This document shows positions 40,265 to 50,972 of a stretch of 64,000 nucleotides of DNA, in pieces. Position 1 is the first letter of the stretch. Each line of letters starts with the position of its first letter. The position numbers and the translations under genes were made by a program. A model generated the notes under the pieces. That model was not told where the DNA came from. It saw only the letters and a program-made list of their open reading frames with translations, and ran no database searches. The DNA comes from Bdellovibrionales bacterium (GTDB lineage: Bacteria > Bdellovibrionota > Bdellovibrionia > Bdellovibrionales > UBA1609). The DNA lies in contig CBDHDF010000011.1 of the NCBI GenBank assembly GCA_965261545.1, positions 64,001 to 128,000 on the forward strand. The letters are read 5' to 3'.

Positions 40265-41274
40265 TTTAAATCTCCTTTTTTCTTGATAGTTCCCCCCATT
40301 TTTTTCTTGATGATTCCCTCCATAAAAAATTCTCCCGCCCTATAGGAACTGCGAACAAGAGGACCACTGGCCACATATAAAAAGCCCATGCCCTCGGCCT
40401 CCCTTTGCCATTGCTGAAATTTCTCAGGGGAGACAAACTCTTCCACCTTGAGTTTGAGCCTTGTGGGTTGGAGATATTGGCCAAATGTCACAACATCACA
40501 ATCAATACCTCTGAGATCCCTGAGAGTTTGCCTCACCTCAGAGTCTGTTTCCCCAAGCCCTAACATAATGGACGTTTTTGTATATCTAGAAGGGTCATGA
40601 CCTTTGACAAACTCCAACACACCAAGAGACTGGGCATAGCCAGCCCGAGGGTCTCGCACTCTCTTTGTCAACCTCTCCACTGTCTCTATATTGTGAGCAA
40701 AAACATCTGGTTGTACATCTATAATTTGAGCCACACAGGCCCTGTCCCCTTTAAAATCGGGAGTGAGAACTTCAACAATGAGGTCTGGCTTTTTTTGCTT
40801 AATGGTGGCCACTGTTTTGGCAAAATGGGTCGCCCCCCCATCGGGGAGATCATCCCGATCCACGCTTGTGAGAACCACATAAGCAAGACCCATCTGGCAA
40901 ATGGCTTCACCCACTTTTTGAGGTTCTTTGGTGTCAATAGCTCCCCGAGGATTTCCTGTTTTGACAGCACAAAAGCGACACCCTCGGGTGCAAACCTCAC
41001 CCATAAGCATAAATGTGGCCGTCCCTCCTTGCCAACATTCAGCAATATTGGGGCAGCGAGCCTCTTGACACACAGTCGCAAGATTGAGCTGACCTAGCAA
41101 GCTTTTGATAGATTGGTAGGTCTTCCCCACAGGAGCACGAACCTTCAACCACTCGGGCTTAACTTTTGTTGTACTTGCTGCACTCAAAGGAATTTTCTCC
41201 ATTTTGTCATATCTGTCATATTTGTTATAGTCATACCTTATACGGGGGGACACCGAACTTCTTTTTTGATACAT
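40255..41274 (-). CDS. lipA: Lipoyl synthase
   Basis: KPEWLK, CQEARCPNIAEC, CTRGCRFC, PLVRSSY. Confidence 0.97.
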   Translation of the reverse strand: MYQKRSSVSPRIRYDYNKYDRYDKMEKIPLSAASTTKVKPEWLKVRAPVGKTYQSIKSLLGQLNLATVCQEARCPNIAECWQGGTATFMLMGEVCTRGCRFCAVKTGNPRGAIDTKEPQKVGEAICQMGLAYVVLTSVDRDDLPDGGATHFAKTVATIKQKKPDLIVEVLTPDFKGDRACVAQIIDVQPDVFAHNIETVERLTKRVRDPRAGYAQSLGVLEFVKGHDPSRYTKTSIMLGLGETDSEVRQTLRDLRGIDCDVVTFGQYLQPTRLKLKVEEFVSPEKFQQWQREAEGMGFLYVASGPLVRSSYRAGEFFMEGIIKKKMGGTIKKKGDLKCQ

Positions 41275-41343
41275 TCACCTTACCATAACTGCCCACTTAG
41301 AGTCTCTACAATACTTAATAAACTGGCTCAATAGGTTAAAGAA

Positions 41344-42114
41344 ATGAAATTTAAAGAACCCTTAAAAGAAGGATTATTTCTTAAAAGATATAAGAGATTT
41401 TTTGCAGATATCCAATGGGAAGACCAAGTTATCACGGCCCATGTGCCCAATACGGGGAGCATGAAGGGCTGTCTTGCCGCAGGGGCCCCCTGTCGCTTTA
41501 CCACCCATGATGATCCCAAACGCAAACTTAAATACACCCTACAAATGATAAGAATTGGGGAAACCTGGATCGGCGTCAACACAGGCTTGTCCAATCAAGT
41601 GGTGTGGGAAGCCTTTGAATCCAAGTCCATACCCCATTGGCGTAAGTTCCAATGGGGCAAAAGAGAAGTTAAAATCAATGATTCCTCACGGGTGGACTTT
41701 GCTTTCTGGGGACGAGAAACCAGCCATAAACCCCATGACAAAATAGACCCATCTTGGTTGAAAGGAACCGATTATGGGCTTTTTCATTTTGTGGAGGTGA
41801 AAAATGTGACCCTGGCCGGAGAAAAGGGAGCGGCTCAATTCCCAGATGCTGTTACAACCCGAGGGCAGAAACACCTTAGAGACCTCATAATCCTTGTAGA
41901 AGCTGGTCATAGTGCTGAAATCTTGTTTACAATTCAGCGACTTGACTGCAATCATTTTTGTCCAGCCGATGAAATAGACCCCGAATACGGACGCCTTCTT
42001 CGAGAAGCCAAGAGGGCAGGAGTGATTATCTCACCCTACCTATGTGATCTCAACCCACAGGGGGTGACTATGAGAGGGAGGGAGAAATTGAGATTAAAAA
42101 TCAATGCTCCCTGA
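41344..42114 (+). CDS. sfsA: DNA/RNA nuclease SfsA
   Basis: RYKRFFAD, HVPNTGSM, VEVKNVT, FPDAVTTRGQKHL. Confidence 0.93.
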   Translation: MKFKEPLKEGLFLKRYKRFFADIQWEDQVITAHVPNTGSMKGCLAAGAPCRFTTHDDPKRKLKYTLQMIRIGETWIGVNTGLSNQVVWEAFESKSIPHWRKFQWGKREVKINDSSRVDFAFWGRETSHKPHDKIDPSWLKGTDYGLFHFVEVKNVTLAGEKGAAQFPDAVTTRGQKHLRDLIILVEAGHSAEILFTIQRLDCNHFCPADEIDPEYGRLLREAKRAGVIISPYLCDLNPQGVTMRGREKLRLKINAP

Positions 42115-42195
42115 TACCATTTCAATCTTCAAGAAAAGCTCCCTTCTCTCCCAAAAGGAATTTCTCAAGAGAAGGAGAAGCGGCCCAAAAAGCAG

Positions 42196-43095
42196 TTACT
42201 TTGAATCCTCAAGACCCTCTGGAATAGCAATACCCTTTTCCTTGAGATGTTTATTAATGATGGATTTAAACTTATCAAAAGGGTAGGCTCCACGCACAGG
42301 GATCCCACCCACAAGAAAACCTGGAGTTCCCGAAAATTCAAACTTTTCAGCCTCTGCTTTGTCAGCCGCCAAGCGATCACTGACAGTCTGGGAATCTTTG
42401 TGCTTCTTAATCCCCGCCATATCGGCTTTGACAAATTTCGCCGCCTTTTCTAAAAAGCTTTCCCCTTCACTGTAAAGCTTTTTTTGATTCTCATAGACAT
42501 AGTCGTGAAAATCTTTGGCCTTCTTAGGGCTTTCCATGGCAATAGCTTCATAGTATCGAGCCGTGGGTTCAGCCATGGGCTTAAAGGCAAGGTGCTTATA
42601 AAGCAGTCGAACTTTCCCCTTGTACTCCTTTAAAACCTTATTCACAGTCTTGGCCGCTTTGGCACAATAGGGGCACTGAAAATCCGAATACTCCACAATG
42701 GTGACTGGAGCACTTGTATCACCAAAAATAGCTCGCTTCGAATCGATCTCAGGTTTTTTGGGATTCTTGAAAGCTTTTTCTTCTTCTGCCAACTCCTTTT
42801 GTCGAGCCTCCTGTTGCATAGACTTGCGCGCCGAAGACTCCGCCTTACCTACAGCATCAAAAAACTTCTTGGGGTTGTTTTCAATGATATTGAAAAGAAT
42901 CTCTGGATTTTCTTCGAGAACTTTTTTCACCTCTTTCTTGGAAGATGAGGTGCCCTGAATACTCGTTGTACAAGAAACCAGACCCAGCCCAAAAAGCACT
43001 GTACAAAGAATGGAGAGCATCCACTTTATTGAAAGCCCTAGCTTCCATCCAATTGGCGATCGTGATTGGAAATTTCTAACTTCATACTCTCCCAT
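42196..43095 (-). CDS. DsbA-family thioredoxin-fold lipoprotein
   Basis: LVSC lipobox; VEYSDFQCPYC; GTPGF. Confidence 0.88.
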   Translation of the reverse strand: MGEYEVRNFQSRSPIGWKLGLSIKWMLSILCTVLFGLGLVSCTTSIQGTSSSKKEVKKVLEENPEILFNIIENNPKKFFDAVGKAESSARKSMQQEARQKELAEEEKAFKNPKKPEIDSKRAIFGDTSAPVTIVEYSDFQCPYCAKAAKTVNKVLKEYKGKVRLLYKHLAFKPMAEPTARYYEAIAMESPKKAKDFHDYVYENQKKLYSEGESFLEKAAKFVKADMAGIKKHKDSQTVSDRLAADKAEAEKFEFSGTPGFLVGGIPVRGAYPFDKFKSIINKHLKEKGIAIPEGLEDSK

Positions 43096-43537
43096 GATAT
43101 CAACTCCTTTGTAAGACTATATGTAGGTGTAAGAATTATGATTACGCTAAGAACCTGGCGAGGCTCTGTATAAAAAATGAGCCATAAGCAATTAAAATGC
43201 TAGTGTCATCAAAAGGGAAAGTCAATATCAAGGTCGAATGCTCCAGAGAGTCGCCATGGAGATAGCTTCATGCGTCAAAATCTGTGTATGCCTCTGGTAG
43301 CTAAGCCATAGGTCGTTAAGTCGTAAAATCGTAAAATAAAAAAAATTATTGCTCTCTTCTTGAGAGCCTTCATAGTATAATAGTAAAAAGTTGAAGCGGA
43401 CCGTCTTTGAACCCCTCCTATGTATAGCGATAACCTCCTATGTGCAAGTTGTAGTATATACAATACATATATAAAACTTACTACATACGAAAACACAACC
43501 TCTTATAAGGTTAAATAAAGCTAAAGGGCGAGATACC

Positions 43538-44194
43538 GTGAAAAGAATCTTCATAAAATCCGTTGTTAGAGTCATTGCCCCCATAGGGCTTGCTACAAAC
43601 TTAGCCATACTTCCATGGGTGTTTGCCACCAATTATAGCTTATTGGAAATGCAAAATATTGGCAGCGTAACACTCTTTGTCCAAAAAAAGGTGAATGAGG
43701 CAAAAAAAGTGTCCATAGGAACTCGCGATGGTTCTCAAGAAGCAAAGGATAGGGAGGCCGTTCTCATCCTTCAAAATGCTCTTCTCATTGTTCTCGCTCG
43801 ACCTAATAAAGACAATATGATCTCAAAAGTTATCACTCCCCTGCGCTGGGAACTCAATGGCTACGGAGCCTATATAAAGTCCATGAGTGAGATTGTAGAT
43901 ATTTCCGTGAGAAGACTCAAAGATAGGTCAAAAAAACTTCCCATTCGTGCCACTTATCTTTTTGTGCTTGAAAATATAATGGAAGAGTTGCTTCCCGAAA
44001 TCACTAAAAGCAAAAAGATTAAAGCTCTTTACAAGAAAATATACAAAAAAGGTATTAAAGTTCCAAAAGATGTTGTGGTGAACCGACAACGAAATATGTT
44101 TCCCTCCCCGTCTCCCTCGGAAACAGCCCTTTCTATTTTAAAAAACCGCTTCCCCAAAGAATACCCCCCTAAGTCTTGGTGGAAGTTTTGGTAA
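43538..44194 (+). CDS. Hypothetical exported protein
   Basis: 218-aa ORF with signal-like N-terminus and KSWWKFW end. Confidence 0.6.
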   Translation: MKRIFIKSVVRVIAPIGLATNLAILPWVFATNYSLLEMQNIGSVTLFVQKKVNEAKKVSIGTRDGSQEAKDREAVLILQNALLIVLARPNKDNMISKVITPLRWELNGYGAYIKSMSEIVDISVRRLKDRSKKLPIRATYLFVLENIMEELLPEITKSKKIKALYKKIYKKGIKVPKDVVVNRQRNMFPSPSPSETALSILKNRFPKEYPPKSWWKFW

Positions 44195-45008
44195 AACAGT
44201 CCACGGGCGAAAGCCCAAGTTCCTTAGCCATTTCTCCCTGGCAGTTGGAGTGAATGCAACCATTGGTGGCAAGAATAGATTTCATCTGAGGACGAAAGGG
44301 CTTCCCGCCATAGTTGGTCACCTGACCTCCTGCTTCCAAGACGAATAAACTACCTGCGGCCGTATCCCAAGGGCTTAAGTTTGCTTCCCAAAAGGCATCA
44401 AAGATACCCTCAGCCACCATGCACAGGTCGTAGGCCGCCGAACCTGTGCGGCGAACACCTCGACATCCCCTCACAAGGCTGTTAAAAATTCTCAATGACT
44501 CATCAAGAGCCGCCTTGTTTTCTGAGAAAAAACCCGTGGAGAGAAGAGAGTCACTCAATTGCTTGCGGCCACTGACAAAAATTCTCTCCCCATTGCAAAA
44601 AACTCCCTGCCCCCTTATGGCCGAGTACCTCTTGTTCAAAATAGGCACATCAATCACTCCCACCTGAACCTCCCCTTGCGTCTCAAAACCAATACTCGTA
44701 CAAAATAAAGGAAAGTTGTGAACATAGTTGGTCGTACCATCTAGGGGGTCTATGATCCAACGATTCGCCATGGGATCTCCCTGGCCTTCGGATGGTTTTT
44801 TAAAACTTTCTTCCTCGGCCAAAATGAAATGGTCGGGGAAGTGAGTACGAATTTTTTCACAAATAACGCGTTCACTTTCTAAGTCAGCCTCTGACACCAA
44901 ACCAGCATTTTTCTTATAATTCACCTGAGTTAAGTCCCCGAAATACCTCATTAAGACCCTGTGACTTTCATCGGCACAACTTTGGGCTAGCTGTAAAATA
45001 TCTTCCAA
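44169..45008 (-). CDS. suhB: Inositol monophosphatase family protein
   Basis: WIIDPLDGTTNY, RRTGSAAYDLC, WDTAAG. Confidence 0.9.
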   Translation of the reverse strand: MEDILQLAQSCADESHRVLMRYFGDLTQVNYKKNAGLVSEADLESERVICEKIRTHFPDHFILAEEESFKKPSEGQGDPMANRWIIDPLDGTTNYVHNFPLFCTSIGFETQGEVQVGVIDVPILNKRYSAIRGQGVFCNGERIFVSGRKQLSDSLLSTGFFSENKAALDESLRIFNSLVRGCRGVRRTGSAAYDLCMVAEGIFDAFWEANLSPWDTAAGSLFVLEAGGQVTNYGGKPFRPQMKSILATNGCIHSNCQGEMAKELGLSPVDCFTKTSTKT

Positions 45009-45286
45009 ATGATCTCCCCATTATATTTTTTAATCATCTTCCTAATCCATTCCAACTCACAAAACCAAAACATACCTAACTAAACTACAAGCCTTACCCT
45101 CACCTTTGTCAAGTCCTACAGCTATGGAGTTATTTGACCTCTGCAATGTTTTCATCTAGGATAAAGGGTGATGGTTTTCATGCATGAATGAATGAATGAA
45201 TTACAAATATATAAATTAAATAAATGTGTAAATTAAATGTATAACTCATAAGTAAGTGAATAAAGTCATGATTCAAGGGAGAAAAT

Positions 45287-46234
45287 ATGGCCAATCCATC
45301 CAGTGGAAATCTGATAGATACTAGCGTAAAACTTATACTTATTTTATTAATCTCTTTGGTATCTTTTGCCGTAGGTACTTTTGTGGGCAAGAGTGTCAGT
45401 GAGTCTGAATATAGAAGAGCCCTCCTAGAAATGAACGAGTACAGACGATTTCAAGGTGAAGTGGTCGACAATGATACTTTTTCTACACCAGAGGGACTTT
45501 CCGAAGAAGAAATTAATCATTTAACTAAAGAATTTCTCAAAGCAGAAAAGGGAGGACTCAAAACCAAAAAATTGAATGCGAAAGCTGAGCTATCCAATAA
45601 AGCGAAAGCAACAAAAAAGAAGGCACAAGGTGAAGGTCGCAAAAGCCGAGGGTTGGCTTCTCGCTATGAACAAAAAAAACATGAACAAAAGAAAAAATCG
45701 GTGGCTAAAAATAAAAAATCCCCCACCACAGGAATAAAAAAAAGCAAGAAGAGTCAAAAGACTATGAGTGCCAAAGTGGTAACTTCAAAGAAAACAAAGG
45801 CTTTGCCGATCTCACCTAAAAGTGGAGTCCAAACCAAAATGCGCCCCCCCAGCACAAGACAGAACAAGGCAAAAGACCTGGTCAATAAAAATAAAAAGAA
45901 AACCCATCGCTCAACAAACACACAAAAAGCCCATGCTTCAAAGGCACAAATGCAAACAATCCCAGCTTCTTTGGCCTCAAATAAAAAGCCTTCTGAATAC
46001 ACTATTCAAGTTGCCTCGTACAACTTGGAAAAGCATGCCAAAGAACACTCCGACCGGCTAAAGGCCAAAGGGTATTCCGCTTTTTATGAACCTGCTCAAG
46101 TGAAGAATCGCATGTGGTATCGAGTTCAGGTCGGTCGCTTTAAGAGTCTCTCCAGTGCCAAGGAGTATGAAAAGACGTTGAAGTCCGGTCGTGATATCAG
46201 TTCAACCCTCGTTCGCACTCTTTCAAAAAAATAG
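45287..46234 (+). CDS. SPOR-domain cell division/peptidoglycan-binding protein
   Basis: N-terminal TM, Lys-rich linker, YTIQVASY...WYRVQVGRF. Confidence 0.88.
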   Translation: MANPSSGNLIDTSVKLILILLISLVSFAVGTFVGKSVSESEYRRALLEMNEYRRFQGEVVDNDTFSTPEGLSEEEINHLTKEFLKAEKGGLKTKKLNAKAELSNKAKATKKKAQGEGRKSRGLASRYEQKKHEQKKKSVAKNKKSPTTGIKKSKKSQKTMSAKVVTSKKTKALPISPKSGVQTKMRPPSTRQNKAKDLVNKNKKKTHRSTNTQKAHASKAQMQTIPASLASNKKPSEYTIQVASYNLEKHAKEHSDRLKAKGYSAFYEPAQVKNRMWYRVQVGRFKSLSSAKEYEKTLKSGRDISSTLVRTLSKK

Positions 46235-46237
46235 CTT

Positions 46238-46804
46238 ATGCTACAAATTATAGTTGGCACGAATCGACCTCAATCACTTTCCATGGAAGTGGCCCAAATT
46301 GTGCGGCCACTCTATGAAAAATCATTTGACGATGTTCATATTATGGACCTACGCGAAGTTCCTATGAATGAAACCAACGGTGAGCAGTACTCCAGCCAAC
46401 AACCCCAGAAGCTTCAAAAATATATCCATATGATTAATGAGGCCGAGGGGCTTCTCATCATCTGCCCCGAGTACAATGGGTCCATGCCCGGAATATTAAA
46501 GTACTTTATCGACCATTGGCAGTACCCCGAAAGCTTTCTTTTCCGTCCTGTCGCCTTTATAGGTCTAGGGGGGGCCTTTGGAGGCTTAAGACCCACAGAG
46601 CATCTTCAACAAATTTTTGGCTATAGAAATGCTTTTATTTATCCTGAGAGAGTTTTTCTATTCAATGTCTGGGAGCATGTCAAAAATGGCAAAATCAATC
46701 AGGAAACTTATATGAAACTGATTGAGCAGCAAGCCCATGGTTTTTTCAATTATATCTGTGCTTTAAAAAAACATCACCTTAGTGCCGGCACACGGCGAAC
46801 TTAA
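46238..46804 (+). CDS. NADPH-dependent FMN reductase
   Basis: IVGTNRPQS, PEYNGSMPGILKYFID, GGLR. Confidence 0.9.
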   Translation: MLQIIVGTNRPQSLSMEVAQIVRPLYEKSFDDVHIMDLREVPMNETNGEQYSSQQPQKLQKYIHMINEAEGLLIICPEYNGSMPGILKYFIDHWQYPESFLFRPVAFIGLGGAFGGLRPTEHLQQIFGYRNAFIYPERVFLFNVWEHVKNGKINQETYMKLIEQQAHGFFNYICALKKHHLSAGTRRT

Positions 46805-46998
46805 AACACTCGATCCAAGACATTGAAAGAATGTGGTCTATAGAAGAGAATTGAGTTGCTGGACTCATATACTCATGTGTTTTGAGCTATAATTATTAAG
46901 ATAACGACATCGGAAATGAAAGGGTTTGCGGTATACCTTACCTAGCGCTTTCATTCATGCCTTATGTCTTCAAACGAGCCTTCCTTAAGGAGGAAATC

Positions 46999-47661
46999 AT
47001 GCAAACTAACTGGAAAATTATTGACGATGTTGTGATTATTGATCTTAAAGGTCAGCTAAGCTACGAGTCTGTCAGTGTTTTGCGTACAAATTGCCTTTCT
47101 CAATTAAAGTGCGAAAAAATCATTTTTAATCTTAAAAGCCTCAGCTTTGTTGGGTCCTGTGGTATTAAATCTCTCATAGAAGCCATTTCAGAGCTATCTG
47201 AAAGTGAATCTTCATACATTAAGCTATGCGGCGTTGGCACAGAATTCACAAAAATCTTTCAAACAAGCCCACTGCAAGACTTAGAAATCTACGAAGATGA
47301 TAGAAGAGCCTGGCAGTCTTTTCAAGACCCTTGGGAAAAGCCACTGCATTCAAGCATGACTCCCCTTGCTGCACCTTTAAGTAAACAAAGTGAACAAAGT
47401 GGACAGCTAAAGTCAAGTGAACAGCCACAAGGGGCTGTAGCACATAAGGATCCTTGCTCCCCCGAACCTTCTTCGCCCCCACCCTCTCATTTGTCCCATA
47501 CCAACCAAAATCAACCCATGCCTAGGAGTATCCAGAATTGTCAAAATGCTAAAGTTTTTTCCTTAGATATATTGGAACAAGAAGGAGTGGCTGAGTTGGA
47601 GCAAGAAGAAGTGCGCCAAGTTGACCTCAATGAGGCCACCTCTGTTAAGAAGGTGATGTGA
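46999..47661 (+). CDS. STAS domain (anti-sigma antagonist-like) protein with disordered tail
   Basis: IDLKGQL, IIFNLKSLSFVGSCGI; AAGGAGG RBS. Confidence 0.82.
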   Translation: MQTNWKIIDDVVIIDLKGQLSYESVSVLRTNCLSQLKCEKIIFNLKSLSFVGSCGIKSLIEAISELSESESSYIKLCGVGTEFTKIFQTSPLQDLEIYEDDRRAWQSFQDPWEKPLHSSMTPLAAPLSKQSEQSGQLKSSEQPQGAVAHKDPCSPEPSSPPPSHLSHTNQNQPMPRSIQNCQNAKVFSLDILEQEGVAELEQEEVRQVDLNEATSVKKVM

Positions 47662-47836
47662 AGAAACTTCCCCTTTATACGACTATACTACTTTGTGTCA
47701 AAAATGATCCTCTGCTTATCACTTGATTTTGTTGCACAATTCGTCATATACAGTATCCCTAGTAGGGATTCGTATACAGTCTTCATCTACAGTATTATCT
47801 ACATGTTTATCTTCAACTCTTAGGAGGCAGATTATT

Positions 47837-48226
47837 ATGATATGGAATGAAGTGCGAGTTCTTGTGGCGTCATTTGCCACAGTGTCATGGGCCATGACTT
47901 CATGGACTGTGGCTGTGGCCCAGGGAGTTGAGGGAGGAGGAGCTTCACAGCAACCCTCTGCTTTAGAGCAATTCATGCCCTTTATTCTCATCTTTATTGT
48001 ATTCTTTTTCTTTATTATTCGTCCTCAGCAAAAAAGGGCGAAGGCTCATAAAGATTTTCTTTTGCAAATGAAGCGTGGGGACTCTGTATTAACTTCCAGT
48101 GGAATATTTGGAACCATAGCAGGATTGACAGAGAAATTTGTCACTTTAGAGGTAGCTGATGGAGTGCAATTGAGAATTCTCAAAGCTCAAATCGCATCTC
48201 CTGGCTCTGTTAAGGAGGAGAAGTAA
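47837..48226 (+). CDS. yajC: Preprotein translocase subunit YajC
   Basis: FFFIIRPQQKR, GDSVLTSSGIFG; AGGAGG RBS. Confidence 0.93.
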   Translation: MIWNEVRVLVASFATVSWAMTSWTVAVAQGVEGGGASQQPSALEQFMPFILIFIVFFFFIIRPQQKRAKAHKDFLLQMKRGDSVLTSSGIFGTIAGLTEKFVTLEVADGVQLRILKAQIASPGSVKEEK

Positions 48227-48227
48227 A

Positions 48228-49955
48228 GTGGTGAGAAATTTAAAACTGCGATGGATCACAGTGCTTGTGGTCTTCTTAAGTGCTGTGGCTTGGGTTTTAC
48301 CTAATTTTATTGATCGTGACCTAGAGGATGACCCAAGTTGGTGGGGGCCGGCCAAAAAAATTGTCAAGGGTTTGGATATTCAAGGAGGGCTGCACCTTGT
48401 TATGGGAGTCAATGTCGAGGAGGTTCTTGTAGAAAAGACATCTCGTCTCGCAGCCTCTTTAAAGGCTGATTTGGAAGAAAGGGCCCTGGAAGTGGGGGAG
48501 ATTGCTGTCGCCCCTGACAACAAAACGGAACTTGTCATCCAAGTAAAAGAGGGCCAAAAAGATCTTTCTTCTGTGGAATCCTACCTTGCTGATAGCTCCT
48601 ATGCAGGGACTCTTCAGGTGATTTCCAACAAGGGCGAATCTCTTCGCCTGCGATATTACGATGCTAGGGCCATGGAGTATAAGCGTCAAGTGGTGGAGCA
48701 AGCTATTGAGGTCATTCGCACACGAATTGATAGTATGGGTGTGGCTGAGCCCAATATTTCAGCACAGGGTGATGATCGGATCCTTGTTCAACTGCCAGGG
48801 ATTAAAAACGCTCGTCAAGCCAAAGAGCTTATCAATCGTACAGCTCGACTCAATTTTCGCGTGGTTCACAAAGAATCGGTTCCCATCAATGAGTGGATTG
48901 ACGAAGCCGAGGAAAAGGGCGGCTATGAGTTGGGCAAGGGTGAATTGACGAAGTACTCTGACTACTTAAAAAGATTAAATGAAGATTTAAAATCAAAGCT
49001 TCCTGAAAACACCAAAGTTGTCTTTGAAAGGCTTGAGGGAGCTAAGGATTTACGGGCGGGTAAAAAAGCTTATCTCATCGAAACTGACAAGAGCCTTTCG
49101 GGGGATCTTTTAGATGATGCCAATGTGACTCCCGACCAATTTGGAGCCCCCAAAGTTATTTTTAGTCTCAGTGTGGAGGGGCGCCGTCGCTTTGCTGAAT
49201 TGACAGAGAAGGCCAAAGGGGGTTTGCTCGCCATTGTTCTCGATGATGTGGTAAAGTCGGCTCCCTCAGTGAGAATGAAAATAGATAGCCCTTCTGCGGA
49301 AATAACACTGGGAAACACTCGCAATTACCAGGAAGGCTTGGATGAGGCTCATTTTATTGCCACAGCCCTGAGGGCGGGGGCCCTTCCCGCAGCCCTTGAG
49401 CAGTTGGAGGAGAGAACTGTAGGTCCGACACTGGGTTATGACTCCATTGAGCGCGGTAAAAAGGCTGGTATCGTAGGAGCTGTCTTCGTTCTCATTTTTA
49501 TGCTGGTTTATTATAGGTTCTTAGGTCTTGTGGCCAATTTGGCCCTCACTTTTAATGTGCTACTTGTGCTGGCGATTTTGTCTTCCCTTGGAGCGACTCT
49601 CACCTTGCCTGGTGTTGCGGGAATTGTACTCACTGTGGGTATGGCTGTGGATGCAAATGTTATTATTTTCGAGCGCATCAAAGAGGAGTTGAAGAAAGGG
49701 TCTGGGCTGGCTTCATCTGTTCAAAATGGCTTTGGACATGCGCTTTCAGCTATTGTGGATGCAAACATCACAACGGCTGTTGTTTGTATTGTTCTGATGT
49801 ACTTTGGAACGGGCCCTGTGCGTGGCTTTGCTGTGACCTTGATATGTGGACTTGTGACATCCATGTTTACAGCCATATTTGTCTCACGAACCATTATTGA
49901 AATATCTATTCAGCGCTTTGGTTTAAAGAAATTAATTGATGTTAAGGGAGTATGA
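48228..49955 (+). CDS. secD: Protein translocase subunit SecD
   Basis: GLDIQGG, RILVQLPG, VGPTLG, GMAVDANVIIFERIKEE. Confidence 0.96.
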   Translation: MVRNLKLRWITVLVVFLSAVAWVLPNFIDRDLEDDPSWWGPAKKIVKGLDIQGGLHLVMGVNVEEVLVEKTSRLAASLKADLEERALEVGEIAVAPDNKTELVIQVKEGQKDLSSVESYLADSSYAGTLQVISNKGESLRLRYYDARAMEYKRQVVEQAIEVIRTRIDSMGVAEPNISAQGDDRILVQLPGIKNARQAKELINRTARLNFRVVHKESVPINEWIDEAEEKGGYELGKGELTKYSDYLKRLNEDLKSKLPENTKVVFERLEGAKDLRAGKKAYLIETDKSLSGDLLDDANVTPDQFGAPKVIFSLSVEGRRRFAELTEKAKGGLLAIVLDDVVKSAPSVRMKIDSPSAEITLGNTRNYQEGLDEAHFIATALRAGALPAALEQLEERTVGPTLGYDSIERGKKAGIVGAVFVLIFMLVYYRFLGLVANLALTFNVLLVLAILSSLGATLTLPGVAGIVLTVGMAVDANVIIFERIKEELKKGSGLASSVQNGFGHALSAIVDANITTAVVCIVLMYFGTGPVRGFAVTLICGLVTSMFTAIFVSRTIIEISIQRFGLKKLIDVKGV

Positions 49956-50950
49956 TGATGAAAAAACAAGAGGGAAAACGGCCTGGTGACCACCGGGGCC
50001 ATCGCCGTCAACTGAATCAGGGTCGTTTTGATTTTTTAGGAGCCTCCAGAATTTGGGGTCTTGTCTCTACCGTGGTTGTTTTAGCTTCATTACTGGTCAT
50101 GGCCGCCAAAGGCTTTGTCTACGGTATTGACTTTGCCGGTGGAACTGAGATTCAGGTGCAATTTAACAGTGAAGTCAAAGCGAGTAGGGTGAGAACTTTC
50201 ATCGAGGAAATGGGCTATCAGGGAGCCTTGGTTCAATCCATAGGCACAGACAACGAATTTCTCATTCGTCTGGAGTCTGATCGAGGGGAGAGTGAGAAAG
50301 AGACCAACCAACTTCTCAATAAAATGATTCAAAAGGTGACGGAGGGGCTTTCGGGTGCTTTTGAAAGCGAACAGCCCACGGTTCGTCGGGTGAGTTCCGT
50401 GGGGCCACAGATTGGATCAGAGCTTAAGAAGAATGGTTTATTGGCGGCCTTTTACAGCCTGCTTATGATCCTCATTTATGTGGGACTTCGTTTTGATTAT
50501 CAATATGCTCCTGGAGCTGTGCTATGCCTTTTTCACGATGCCATTGTGACATTGGGGATTTTTTCTTTGTTTGGCCGTGAAGTGAATGTCCAAACCATGG
50601 CGGCGATTCTTACTATCATTGGCTACTCCCTCAACGATACCATTGTGACCTTTGACCGCATTCGAGAAAACTCTCCCCTTTATCGAGACCAAAGCTTTCG
50701 CTTTATTATCAATAGGTCCCTTAACGATGTGCTATCGAGAACCTTGTTGACTTCGATTACAACCATGTTAGCTGTGGCAGCCATGTACTTTATTGCAGGT
50801 GGTGTCATTCAAGACTTTGCTTTTACCTTGGGCATTGGGGTTGTCGTAGGGACATATTCTTCCATTTTTGTTGCATCTCCTCTTGTATTATTTGTGGATC
50901 GTTTGCAATCAAAAACTACAGCGGCTGCAACGGCAACAACGCCCACCTAA
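49952..50950 (+). CDS. secF: Protein translocase subunit SecF
   Basis: GIDFAGG, GYSLNDTIVTFDRIREN, GTYSSIFVA. Confidence 0.96.
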   Translation: MMMKKQEGKRPGDHRGHRRQLNQGRFDFLGASRIWGLVSTVVVLASLLVMAAKGFVYGIDFAGGTEIQVQFNSEVKASRVRTFIEEMGYQGALVQSIGTDNEFLIRLESDRGESEKETNQLLNKMIQKVTEGLSGAFESEQPTVRRVSSVGPQIGSELKKNGLLAAFYSLLMILIYVGLRFDYQYAPGAVLCLFHDAIVTLGIFSLFGREVNVQTMAAILTIIGYSLNDTIVTFDRIRENSPLYRDQSFRFIINRSLNDVLSRTLLTSITTMLAVAAMYFIAGGVIQDFAFTLGIGVVVGTYSSIFVASPLVLFVDRLQSKTTAAATATTPT

Positions 50951-50972
50951 ATAAGGGGAGAGGATATTTATT

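Noticed and set aside
43096..43537. Long intergenic region as possible sRNA or riboswitch
   Set aside because: Only short duplications seen; consistent with divergent promoters
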